Part shown: one piece after another, positions 50,078 through 61,713 of the stretch
How positions within the stretch are numbered: the first letter of the stretch is position 1
Layout: the number at the start of each line of letters is the position of its first letter
Assembly: GCF_052425735.1 (NCBI RefSeq)
Contig: NC_135758.1
Coordinates: 11,656,001-11,720,000 of the forward strand
Origin: Oculina patagonica
Lineage: Eukaryota
Direction: 5' to 3'
Length of the DNA stretch: 64,000 bases
Made by a program: the position numbers and the translations under genes
Notes under the pieces: model-generated
Told to the model about the DNA's origin: nothing
Seen by the model: only the letters and a program-made list of their open reading frames with translations
Databases searched by the model: none

Positions 50078-52394
50078 ATGGCTGAATCTTCTGGCAGTAG
50101 GTTTAAACCATTAAGTAAACCCATCGAAGAATATATTACAGAGCAGGAAAACAAAAACACTCGAGCGAAAACGCAGCGGGATGTGAATCTGCTTTCTACA
50201 TTTCTGCTGGAGAAAAACGAACAAAGAAAAATTGAAGACATCCAACCAGAAGAGCTCAGCCGTTACCTTAGTGAATTCATTCTTAGTGTGAAAAGAAAAG
50301 ATGGCCAAGACTATGAACCATCGAGCCTTCGAGGGTTGTTATCAAGTTTTAACCGGTATTTAAGAGAACGCAAGTACTCAGCGAGTATTATCGAAGACAC
50401 TGTGTTTGATCAAGCAAGAAAATGTCTGGAAGCTCGCAGCAAACAACTGAAAAAAGAAGGCAAAGGGAACAAACCCAACGCAGCCGAAGCAGGGGCGGAT
50501 CCAGAGGGGGTGGATTGGGTGGCTAGCCACCCCCCTTGATCCACCAAAAAATGAAAATAAACACATTAAAACAGAAAATAAGGACAATGACAGTGGGTAA
50601 GGTGAAAAAAGTGTTAAAGAAGTGTTAAGTGCTAAAGTAAATTTTACATATTTGTCAACATTCACCTTCCTTAGCCAGGCGGCCGTTCAAAGTAAAGGAC
50701 GGCCACTCTTCCGAAGTAGGAGATTTTCGACAGCCTGTTTTACAAACTTCTGTGCTTAATGTAACAAAACGTGTGTATAATTTTAAAAAATTACATTCCT
50801 TTTAGCTTTCAAGAGTTGGTTTAGCCTTGCTGGCATGATTTTCTTCTCCATGTTAATCTTTCACGGGAGATTTCTTACCGTTTTCTTCGCATCGAAGCGA
50901 TTTCTCAAGCAAAGCCGCTGTTCTAAAAACATTGACTTACCAAAATGTCCCCAGGCCACTTTGCCAAGAGCTAAAAATTTCCTTGCACGTGGTCAGCAAA
51001 ACAACGCATATCTGTTCTTTCGTGTAAGTTCGTGGATAGTCCTCAAAATTCAATCACTGTTCATAGGAACTAAAGTTTCTGTCCCAAATATAATTCAAGG
51101 TAAGTCGAGGAAAGAATGCTTGCCAAATTATCCTGGAAAAACAGCGGTTTAATAACTTTATTGAAAGATGTTTAAAGCTGCTCAGAATCGCGGAAATCAC
51201 GTCTAAGAGGCCTCAACTTTTCAAAATTTTCGAGGGGGCATGCCCCCAGAACCCCCTAGGAGAAAGGGCCTACGGCCCCATGAAATATGGGTCTCAGGCC
51301 CGAAATAATTTGGACTCCACTTTCAAAATCCTGTCTAAAAGCCTGATACCCCCTCCCCCCACCCCCATAAAAAACCTGGGGCTTAAACAAGATAGTAAAC
51401 AAAAATATTGTTAAACAGCCACCCCCCTTTGAAAAATCCTGGATCCGCCCCTGCGAAGCTTTGACTGATGTGGAGGAAAACATTCTTTTCAAAAAGATTT
51501 ACTAGAATCTCAAATGCCGAAGCTTTGCTAAACACAGTCTGCTTTTCAATTCGGTCCATTTTGGTTTGAGAGGCTGTGAAGAACACGGCAGATGATTGGG
51601 GCGACGTGGAACTTCACATGGAAGCCGACGGAACTGAATACCTAGAGTATTCTGAACGTCAAACGAAAACTAGAACGGGAGCTGAACCTCGAAATGTCAG
51701 AGCTGTTAAACCGAAGGCTTTCGCAGCACCAAACGGTTCACCTGAAAGAGATCCAGTTGCCGTTTACAAAATTTATTCCGAAAAGAGACCTGACGCGATG
51801 AATAAACCTGATGCGCCATTCTATCTCGGAATAAATTACACAAAAAGTCCTTCGTCGAAAAAACTGTGGTTTAAATCAATTGCAATGGGTCAGAACAAAT
51901 TGAATAGTCTGATGAAAACCATGGCGGAAAAAGGAGGCCTTTCAAGTAAACGACTGACTAATCACAGCGCTCGAAAACGCATGGTACAAAAACTAAACGA
52001 CAGCGACATACCTCCCAGTCACATTATGCAGTTCTCAGGTCACAAAAATGTCCAAAGCATTAACAATTATAGCCACATTTCCCAACAACAGCAAAAAAAC
52101 ATGTCAAGGATACTAAGTGCGACCTCGACTGAATCTTCTGCAAAAGTTCATCGAGCATTGGCTACAGAGAGTGAAGCTGAAACTCTGTCTTGTAGTTTTC
52201 AGTCGTCAAGCAGTCCAACATTGCCTGGAGCAAGTGTATTTAGCGGAGCCGTGTTTCATGGAGGACACTTTAACATTTCTATAAACACAGTAAGTCAGTC
52301 GCCTAATGCGTACTCAGCAACAAGAAAGCACACCTTCAAGCGTGTTAAACGTATTTTAGATTCTTCGGATGAAGATAGCCCTCCCTTGCAATAG
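50078..52394 (+). pseudogene. Crypton tyrosine recombinase (DUF3504/ZMYM-KCTD1-like), interrupted by a MITE and frameshifts
   Basis: MAESSGSRF...NKNTRAKT...KRKDGQDYEPSSLR...GKGNKPNAAE|ALTDVEE...HFGLRGCEEH...WGDVEL...ERQTKTRTG...TNHSARK...SGHKNVQSINNY contains the catalytic R, HxxR, H and Y. Several apparent 1-bp deletions at 51495-51600. Confidence 0.88.
50490..51453. mobile_element. MITE with CAGGGGCGGATCCAG TIRs and 5-bp TSD (hAT5-like)
   Basis: TIRs CAGGGGCGGATCCAG / CTGGATCCGCCCCTG with TSD CGAAG (50485-50489, 51454-51458). Removal restores the NAAE-ALTD frame. Confidence 0.9.
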
Positions 52395-53112
52395 CACGGT
52401 TACGTATTCTTAGTTCTTATTTCTATATTTCATTTTTGTACTTGTTGAGTGAAAAACTCTTGATATTCGATTTCTTATCCAATTAGAACAATTTTAAGAC
52501 ACGAGAATAATCTCATGAAATGTCTTTTTTCAACGATTTTGTTGTTATTATCATTTTGTAAATTAGCGTACTTTCATTTTCTGTGCTTGTACCAGGGTAT
52601 TATAACAATAAAAAAACAGTTCAGCGTGGAAAAATCTCTGTATTTATAAAATAAACAAATTACAGCATGGAAAGTGCTTTGTACGGTGTTTACGCACTCG
52701 TTGTTTTGTATCAGAAACTCTCACTCGTTCGATTTCTGATACGTCAACAACTCGTGCGTAAACACCGTACGCGCGCACTTTCCATGAAGTAATCTATATG
52801 TATTTTGTATAAACTTTCTTGCATTCTGGTATATCGCCAAGACCACAAATAAGTTTAAAATCATCGTCAGTATGAACTAGATTTAAATGCGAAATAAGTA
52901 TTTTCAGTGATATTGCGCTAAACACACAGAACTCGAAGATGCACCGCCACATGCTGGAGATCGGCAAAGACGAAAGAAATGATTATGTCAATCAAACTAA
53001 ACACGAATGCGTAATGCAATATTCTTAGCCAATGAAAACATCAGAAAACCCCGCCAAAAATTGTCAGCCTCTCTTTCGTGATGAGGCGAGGGTGAAGGAA
53101 CATTCGTTCAAG

Positions 53113-56100
53113 ATGGCGGGCTTAGCGAGGGAGGATTTAATCGGCCTTTCCGCGAAAGATTTAGCCGTTAAACTTTCGGAAGCCGGCTTACCGAAATCAC
53201 TCACAGACGCCTTGCATGGTAAGCGTTGCATTTGTCGCATTTGTTTAGCTTTTTGTTGCATATCACTGTGCTACATGACCTTATTTTCACGGGTTTGTTT
53301 TTTCTGGTTTTTGCCAATGCAGAAAGGGACATTAAAGGATCGACACTCCTACTCATGGATGCAGAAGATATTGAATACGAGATGGGCGAATTAACAGTTG
53401 AAGACAGGCTATATTTACGAAATTTTCTTCGTGAAATTGTAAGTTTTGAAGTCTAAATGTTCTAGCAAGTGACATTTGCTTATGGCCGCCATTTTGGCGC
53501 CCTTTTTATAATCGAAAGCACATGCTGAAATTAAACGTCCAAAAAGTGGACAGAATTAGTCATCAATTGCCCCTTTTCTTTATAGTTTGATGTTTTGTAT
53601 GGAAGCAATCTTATACGTAGTATCTGGGTTGTATCTTAGTGGCTTATGTTTTGGGAACCAGTGTTTTGTAATACTGAGCTAGAAAGAAAGATATCTTAAG
53701 CAGTCAAATAATTGACAGCAATTGATATCTTCAAATTAAGACAATTGTTTGCAAAGTACAATGGTGTTGGCATGCTCCTCAAAAGGATTATTAAATGAAT
53801 GGTGATTGTATATAGACTTGAACCTATAACAACCAATTTGCAAATCTGTATTCTGTTATCATCTGTGATTTTCAGAGAAAACAAGAGGAATGTATTACCG
53901 AAGTTGTGCTAGTTCTTAGTGACAGCAGTAGCAGTAAAAGGAAAAATAAACCTACCAGTAGTTCATCAGAAAGTGGTTCAACACTATCCGTGTATTCGTG
54001 ATGATAGCTCATACTCTCCACAGTCCCAGACAGCAAAACAAACACAGAGAGACGACTATGGTAGATTGGAAAAATATAAGCCCCTGGATCTGCCTCCAGA
54101 CTTTGATCTGCTGACTTCCTTTCCCAAAAAAGTCGAAAAGGCCTTAAAATCAGATTTCAAGCAACCTGGGTCGTTGCCCCATGATCTTCTGAGGAAATTT
54201 GTAAACCAGGTTGCTGACCACATAGAGTCGGAGAATTCTCACCCTTCAAAGCAAACAATTGAGTGGGTCGCATGGAGACATTGTGTCAAGTATCCCTGCT
54301 TGCAGCAAATTAACCCATTAGGAATGATTCCTGAAGAGAAACCTTGGAAAAGTAAACCTTTCAAGGAGTGGGTAAGAATTAATAATTAGGATTATTCTGT
54401 CAATTCAAACTGAAAATGATTTTGTCAGGACCAGACGTAACTCTATCAAGAAGTTATAAATAAATTCCGTATTTTTGCATACCTTTGTCACATCTTTGTG
54501 GCACACTTTACTGAGATATTTAGAATACAAAATTGTTAACCCCTGCAGAAAGTCAAACTTAAAAATATTGGTTTGCTATTTTTATTGCATCATAGGATCT
54601 CTTAACAGAGAAAATACGAAGAGCCCTGGAAAACAAACGATACCAGGCAAAAAGAAAGTCCTCGACAAATGACTGTTGTCTGGTGGAAATTAAAAGGTTG
54701 AAATCAGTGATCAAGGTATAAGATAAAGTGATGCTTCATTTTTACAGGCCTGTGCTAAACCAAGCTTAAATTGTATTGGCAGTTATAAATTTTGATGCTT
54801 ACTGTTGACTATATTTAATGTTTTTGTGAGTGACACTCACCATGAGGCCATGAAACCTGGTCACTATTGGCTATCATGTCTATAACTCATGCTATAGTAT
54901 ATATTACTGTGCAAGAAAATACTTTGAGAGAGATCTTTCTGATATGTGTATATATATTTTAGCTCTAGATCAAGGAAATAGTCAGGTTTATATTACTATG
55001 GTTCATAACATGAAAATAATTTTGTGGTGCGTAGTTTTGTTGGATACTCTCAGTATACACTGTTTTTATATATACAAAGTAGTTGCGGACTAGACTTATT
55101 GTTATGTACATTGCTTAGCAAAAACAGGACAGGGAGCTGTTGATGACAAGGCCTCATTAGCAAGACACAGCAAAAGACTCCAAGAAGAGTTTAAAAAAAG
55201 TTCCCCAAATGAAGAGGTGATAAAAGAACTTATGGATGCAGAATTTTCAGCCCGGAAACGCTTCATAACTAAGACTGATGTACGAACAAGAATAAGGGAG
55301 ACCCTAGCAAAGTATCATATTCTCAGTAATGGCAATGAGGTACTTAAATAATGATATTATTGGCATAAGTACTTGTTTTACACCTGCTACAAAAGGTGGG
55401 CAGGGTGGGGGTGGGGGTGGGGTAGGGGCTGGGTGAGTATTGGATCTGGGGGATAGCATTAATGGGACAGACCAGTCACCATAATATTTTTAATGGAAAA
55501 GGGTGGGCAAATACCAAAAGAAAAGATTCTCACAAAGAAAAATAGTGGCACACTAAAACAAGCCAAAGAAATATTTTGGTGTGGAAAGGCTACATCTACT
55601 TAAAGGTTTAACTCTTACCTCATGCATGAAGAGGTTGGTATAAGAAGGGTGGAATAATATTAGATTTCTGACTGTGGGTTCTTATGGATTTCAGCTTGAG
55701 GAAGAATTGATAAGAATTCTTAAATTTGAAAAGGACATGAAATGCAATGTGGAGGATTTACTGAAGGCTTGGAAAACCCAGTATGAGAAGTTACGAGAAT
55801 TCATCGCACAACAATTTTCATTAAAGAGAGATGAAATTACAGGTATGCAAACAAAGATTTAAGAGGTTTTCTTTTAAATTAACTTGTTTCCTCAGATTTA
55901 CAGTGTCCCCAATTAGCACAGCAGTGCTAGATACATCAACACTCAAATATAGTGGTTATTTTTTTTGCTATGAAATGAACTGTAATGTACATCCACGAGT
56001 CCAGCTCAGTCAATTATGGAGTAAATAGGATAAGAATACTTAATTGGTGCTTTTATTTCTCTTTTTTTGCCATCAGATGCTTTACTGTTGAAGAGCTTGC

Positions 56101-56848
56101 CACAAATATTTGTTACTAAGCTGCACAAGAAGAAGGAAGGCAAGAAGGAAGGAGTCTTGGCTGTAATTTCGTCCGATGAGGTGGGTGCACAATAAGACTG
56201 TAAATCTAAATTTAACAACATGTACAAGGCTGTTCCCGTGAAAGAATCATGGGTATCCCATGTAAAGTCTTCCAACCATGAAAATTGGGGTGCCTAGCCC
56301 TTTGGTTTCATTATCCCCCACCAGAACACAAAGTCAGTAGCCTGAGGCTCCCCAGGAACTGCTACTATAGGGCACAACCACAACCCAAATTCAGGAAAGT
56401 AATTTGCATACAATTGGCACACATAAATATATACAGGTCCAGGGAGAATATATATGATTAATGTCTTCACGGATAATAATTTATTTATCTTTATTTTTAT
56501 CATAATTACGGTATCCCTCTTTGTCTGATATAGGAAATCCCTTCAGATCCTTATATTCTGGTGCAGTCAGGAGAAGATGATGACTCTAGTGAGGTCTCAT
56601 ACACAGTCATGGTTGGAGAACAAAAGTATTGCACCACTGAAGGCGAAGATGCACTTGGGCATGCTATTCTTCAACTTTTGGCATTGTTTTATGTGTATCA
56701 CTTAGAGTATCCACAGCCAATACGTAATACGTACTTCTATTTGCAGCAGTTTATATTAGGAGACCATAATGTGGCATCAACGCCTAGAATTCTTAATAGC
56801 TACCACGAAGCTATTCAAAAGTACTTGGTGTTTGCCAACGCTTTGTAA
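53113..56848 (+). pseudogene. SAM-domain (SAMD3-like) accessory gene of the CMC element; ~8 exons: 53113-53218, 53323-53438, 53876-54371, 54596-~54715, ~55119-55339, 55694-55842, 56077-56180, 56534-56848
   Basis: Exons 1-2 give a SAM-like MAGLARE...LSAKDLAVKLSEAGL...ERDIKGSTLLLMDAEDIEYEMGELTVEDRLYLRNF. Later exons give WRHCVKYPCL, HSKRLQEEFKKSSPNEEVIKELMDAEFSARKRFI and the C-terminal LLALFYVYHLEYP...FYLQQFILG typical of SAMD3-like proteins. A frameshift falls in exon 3 (~53900-54000). Confidence 0.75.
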
Positions 56849-57752
56849 GTTTAGGACACTGACTGTTCAAGAAAATTCAAGTTAAAATGGAATTGTATGC
56901 AAATTACTTTCCTTAACTTTTTTGGCGTTGAAATTGACTTTGAATAACCTTCCTTGTACTATAGAGTGATTACCCATTCAGGGTACTCATAGTATTGAAC
57001 CTTGACTTTTACGAACTACATGTAAGAAAAAAAAAACCGCAGTAATTCCCACTGATCTTCATTGCTGCATTTGCAAAGGAGTATCCTGTCATCATCCTTC
57101 CTTTGCAAGATGATTTCCGCGTTAAAATAGTTCAACAGTTGGCTGTCATCTTGTCGATTCCCGTCTTGTCTACTGGAGGCCATGTTTACATCGTGGAACG
57201 TGTCAGTTTTCTTGCATTTAAAGGTTGGTTTGTTTATGTTAGAAAATGTGCTCCTCACTATGGAGAAGGGTCTGTTTGCAGTGAGACACATAAACAAATT
57301 TATATCTGTCAGTTACTGTTGTTGATATCGACTAGCATTTACAAGGGTAACAGCTAGAGTTATATTTTTGGCAAAGGATTAATAAAAGGATTTTACTCAG
57401 TTTTTCAGTGTCATGTTCTTGTTACAGGAAAATGCTGTATTAAAGAGCTTTACCAAGCTAGCATGCATGCAGTTAAATTGTATTAATAATAGTTTTCCAC
57501 AACCTTGCTATAGATATTGGAGACTATAACTTCTTGATTTTGTATAAGTGCAAGTTAAACTATACTCAAACTTGATACACCTAGTGCATATTGACAAGGA
57601 TTATTTTTCTATTTTTAGGAAACAAAAACCCTTTAAACAAGAAGCTTGAGAAGCTTGAGAAGCTTAAAATCGGGCGCTTAATAATTAGCTATCTGTTTTG
57701 ACTTGAAAGGCAGGGTACAGTACAGTAAAAATCACTGGAAAAACAGTCACTT

Positions 57753-59400
57753 AAACCTATTCAGGCCGGGGGGAGGGGGCCTTTGAGGCCCGCGCTGACT
57801 ATGGACGCTTATAACTTTTTCAAGATTCAACCAAACGCTGCCAAACTTTGCGCGTTTATCTAAAATTTATCTTGCAATAATTTGGTAGGATTAGCTATTG
57901 TGCCAGTAACTTGAAATCACCATGGCAACGTCATTTTGACAGGCTTGTTTTCCCAAATTTGAATTTTTCGTGTTTCTATTTAATAATGAAAATCTGGAAT
58001 GTTTTCAAAATTGCATTATTACTTAATGACATAATGGTCTCAATTTAGAAAAATATATTTCGCACAATACAAATAAACGATTGAACTAGACGTCTAGAAA
58101 ATATAAATTTGTAACACTTAGCAAAGTGCAGCCTTTTCGCAATACTTAATAAAGGCGGAGTTTTTACCTGAAGACCAATTTTTCCAACGCTTTAGGTGGC
58201 TGACGCATTTCAGTATTTTCCAGCCCTTACACTTTAATGGAACAGTATACAACTCCTAATCAGGTAACTACTATTATTATCAATACACGCGGCCAAATTG
58301 AAAACCGCCCTATTGAAAACACGCGCTTTGCGGGCCGCAAATGACTCCTAGCGGGCTGTTAATGCATTAACGGCCCTGCAGCTGATTGGTTCTCTGTTCA
58401 TCATCCGATTAACTTTAACCAATCAGCGTCGCTGACGCGGGAAAACCATTCAGGTGCGTACGCGTACAGCAAGAGTCTCAAACAGTTTTTCGACAAGCGA
58501 ATTGTGTTCGGTAGGAAAAATCAAAGTCTATTTGTTGTAAATGGGACAAAATACAGCCAAAAAAATCGGATTTAGAAGCAAATGCACAAGGCGAAGAGAC
58601 AAAGAGAGCAACTCCTTGTTGTCTTGCGAGAAACGAAACGTCGTTCACTTGAATTGTGTATCGCCGTTAAAGCAGTTGCAGGAATTTTACGCCGAAGTTC
58701 AATCGGAAAATGTAAGTTTGTAAAGTATTATTATCCATGAATCAACCCATTGCTCATTATTTTCAGAGACACTGCAGCTAGCTCTTTTATACAACAACTA
58801 CACAATAAGACATTAGCCTCAGTAGCATCGTGTATAATTTTCATTGCGACGAAGTACTTGTGTTATTTGAATTGAAAATCATGATGCTAACTTCATTAAA
58901 CTGAATGTTTTACCTATCTGGATGTTATTTGGCCTTGTTTATTGATAATAATGATAGTAAAATGACTTTTTTCGGGAATATTGTTTATTTGCTCCCTTGT
59001 AGTGTCATTTGTGGCCCTTGCGCTTCGCGCTCGGGCCACAAATGACACTACGCGGGCGCAAATAAACAATATTCCCTCAAAAAGTCATTTTATTCCCTTA
59101 TTGTCAAGAAAATGATCACAACTTATTGACCAATGATTAGGTATTTGTTTCATACCATTACTGAAATAGCAACTGGTGAAAAAATGGTAGTACTGACCCA
59201 AAGTATAAGGGCTGGAAAACACTGAAAACCATTTCAGCCGCGTTTCAAGGAATCCAAAAAAGCTTTATCCCATATATATTTGCTTTGCAGTATTTTGTTA
59301 ATTTTTGGACGATTTTGGGGGATGTCTGGGAGGCCATAGTTTTTCTCAAAGGATTAGTAAAATTTAGACAAATAAGAAATATTGGAGATTTAATGTGATT
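57753..59400. mobile_element. Degenerate non-autonomous DNA element starting TTAA-ACCTATTCAGGCCGGGGG, hosting a nested insert
   Basis: TTAA followed by a piggyBac-like terminal sequence; no matching right end found. Confidence 0.4.
58270..59100 (+). mobile_element. Hairpin-ended Crypton-like non-autonomous element
   Basis: Long 3' stem AAAATGACTTTTT..GGGAATATTGTTTATTTGC...GTAGTGTCATTTGTGGCCC / GGGCCACAAATGACACTAC...GCAAATAAACAATATTCCC..AAAAAGTCATTTT; 5' part shares TTGAAAACACG with the Crypton left end (~49843). Confidence 0.6.
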
Positions 59401-61713
59401 TTAAAATTTGAATTTGAAGTTAAAAATTGGTGGACGGACACCAAACAGTCTCCTGACAACCCGGAGTGCTCTTGCGAGGGGTCAACTGTTTGGAGGTGTT
59501 TCCATTCTTTTCTTCAATCCCTTCTTTAAATCTCTTAAAGTTCCATTCAACTTCAGGTAGAACCCCACCTTAAGTTTTGTTCTTGTGAGAAAACAACAGA
59601 AGTCAAAGGTTGCGTGATATAACCAAGCATGGATTTTAATTCTCCCTCCCTTTCCATCTCCTTAGCATTTCACCCCCACTTGTCCCTCCCTTTCTACTCT
59701 CATTCAAGTAATGTTTGTTTACATTTCCTAACCAATTCAGTATCGTACTAATCTGTACCAAGCAATCAGATAATAACAGAAATTTGCCTTAATTTTGATC
59801 TCCCATACCAAGACCTTAGAGTATAAACCGCTAATAAAACAAAACACACTTGATAATATATAGATTTAGGCAAGCCTAAAAGCGGAGCTCCCCAGTTAAT
59901 TATTTTGCACTTTATTGAATTCTGAATTCTGGCCATTTAAATAAATAAAAATTAATATTTGTCCTTATTTCTTTTTTACTATGTCCGCGTGGGGGATGTA
60001 GCTAAGAAAACACTATGCCGGCTCGTCAACAAGCCCACCTGGCTTTTCTGGGCTAAGCAGCTCTTAAAGTTTACTATGTCTTTGTGTACATGTGAAATTT
60101 CAGCTGAGTTTAAGTTTTATTTCTACATTTGCCTAGTACCACAACAAGACAGTTTATTTTAAGTTAGGGCTTGAGCTTATTAGCTGTTAGGGTTAGGTAT
60201 TAACAAAAGGAATTCAAACAGGTCAATTTGCAATTCTCCCACAAAATCATTAAAATATATGGCATGAAATGAACTCATTGCAGAATGAAAGTTATTCCGG
60301 AATAATTCAGGCACCGCACTAATTAACTTTTTTTTCCAAGCGTATATGATAAGTAGTTGCTCATTTGTAATGATTAGCAGAGCCTACGTCATTCTCATTG
60401 TTTCTCACCCCGCATTCCCCCGCCCCTGCCCCCTTCTCGCTTTTTTGGGGGGTGAGGGGGGGGGGGATACTCTTGGAATAAGGTTGTAGTGTAGTAGAGC
60501 CATTGTGCGAGAGAATAATGCCGTGGAGAGAAATGAGGGATTAAATGTAACATTATCGCTTTTTTAACGTGAATAAAGATTTATCATTTTTTGTAGTTAT
60601 AAGTCTGTTGAAGTGTCACTTGTATAAAAACAGCGAAAGTCTGTCCTATTAAAGTGTGAATTTAATTTTAATTTTATATAATTTTGTTGAGGTTTTCTGT
60701 TAATATTTTTTCTGTCCCACAGTTTTGACATGAACCAATCTCAAACGTAACAAAATATTAGCTTTGGGAAACCCTTTTAAACAAGAGAAATCAAAATCCT
60801 GATCATCTTTTAATCCTGGGTTAGCGTTAATCGTCTTTCGAACAACAATCAGAAAAGTTAAATGTTGGTCTTGGCATAATTACACAGGTCCTTTTGCTTT
60901 GTAAGTACATCATCAAAACAAATCAATTTTTAAAGTGTAAAACACAACCACATTAATACAGGTAATAAACCAAACAAGTAAAAAATAACAACAACTTTTA
61001 ATTGCTTACCAACTTGAAATCGTTTATTCTTTGGTTGACTAGGGTTTGAATGTTTTGACCCAGGCGTCAGGTCATGTTTGGTTCCTCTCGGTTCACCTTT
61101 GTCACTTCTCTCACTAAACTGGCAAGCCAATTTTCTTCTTGATTTAACAGGCGTACCTGTTCGTGTCGGCCTCACAAAATTGACGAATTCGTCTTCATCT
61201 ACGTGTGAAATGACAGGTTGTAATTATTATCAATTCAGGTTACTATATACACATATTTCACATCGAAACAGGGCAAAAAACCGGCGAGCATTAAAATCAT
61301 TCCTCTCAATTTCCTAGATGTATCCAGCAAAAAATATTTCCGAAAAACGGCCAGTGCACACTTTTCGACTTTTCAACACACTTTTCGACTCACGATCTGC
61401 CGGTCGTCTCCTTTGCTTTTTCTCTTCCTTCCGTTTTCAGTTTGACCCAGTTTCCCTGGACACAGGAGAGACAGAACAGACGACTGGGGACGAGTCAGGC
61501 GCCTTTGCAACGCGCGGAAAAAGGCGGGAAAGCTCTCGCACGATGGCCTATTTTACCGTGGTGACAGTTTGAAGAAGCCGGTTGTCTATCTTAGCTGCAA
61601 TAAAGGTGGGTGGCGTTGCGTACTCTGTATTGAAGAAAATCTGTTTTTTCCCCGTTTAGCTTCTGTTACTTAAGCTTCTTTTTTAACTTTTTATACTTTA
61701 TTTTATACTGAAG

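Larger units (their letters stand above)
49802..52799 (+). mobile_element. Crypton (tyrosine-recombinase DNA transposon)
   Basis: Removing it rejoins the host codons AAA TAC | AAC AGC, and there is no clear TSD. Encodes a YR protein. Long 3' hairpin CATGGAAAGTGC...GTACGGTGTTTACGCAC / GTGCGTAAACACCGTAC...GCACTTTCCATG (52666-52786). Confidence 0.88.
46714..52952 (-). pseudogene. EnSpm/CMC-like transposase with two N-terminal C2H2 fingers; exons 52952-52800 + 49801-49569 (split by Crypton), 49139-48899, 48621-46714
   Basis: Reconstructed N-terminus MWRCIFEFC...SHLNLVH...ICGLGDIPECKKVYTKY|NSFYKHIRRKH. Core motifs LYSDEIE, FYYIIGNLP, ADNPAAH, CRFC, DVMHVLLEGV, TPKQHYLVH, GPL...WAMRFEAKH. GT-AG introns are phase-consistent. 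In-frame stops at ~49683 (TAG) and ~48509 (TAA). Confidence 0.85.
46091..57400. mobile_element. Two-gene EnSpm/CMC-type DNA transposon (termini not resolved)
   Basis: Divergent transposase and SAM-domain genes; 46091-46480 is rich in ACACT/AGTGT/AAGAGT direct and inverted motifs resembling CMC subterminal repeats. Boundaries approximate. Confidence 0.65.

Noticed and set aside
57016-57357. Small overlapping ORFs after the SAM gene (MASSRQDG...) as a third transposon gene
   Set aside because: No recognisable domain or convincing splice partners.
59400-60340. Possible minus-strand exon and LINE 3' relic
   Set aside because: Several frames and acceptors are equally plausible and no diagnostic motif is present.
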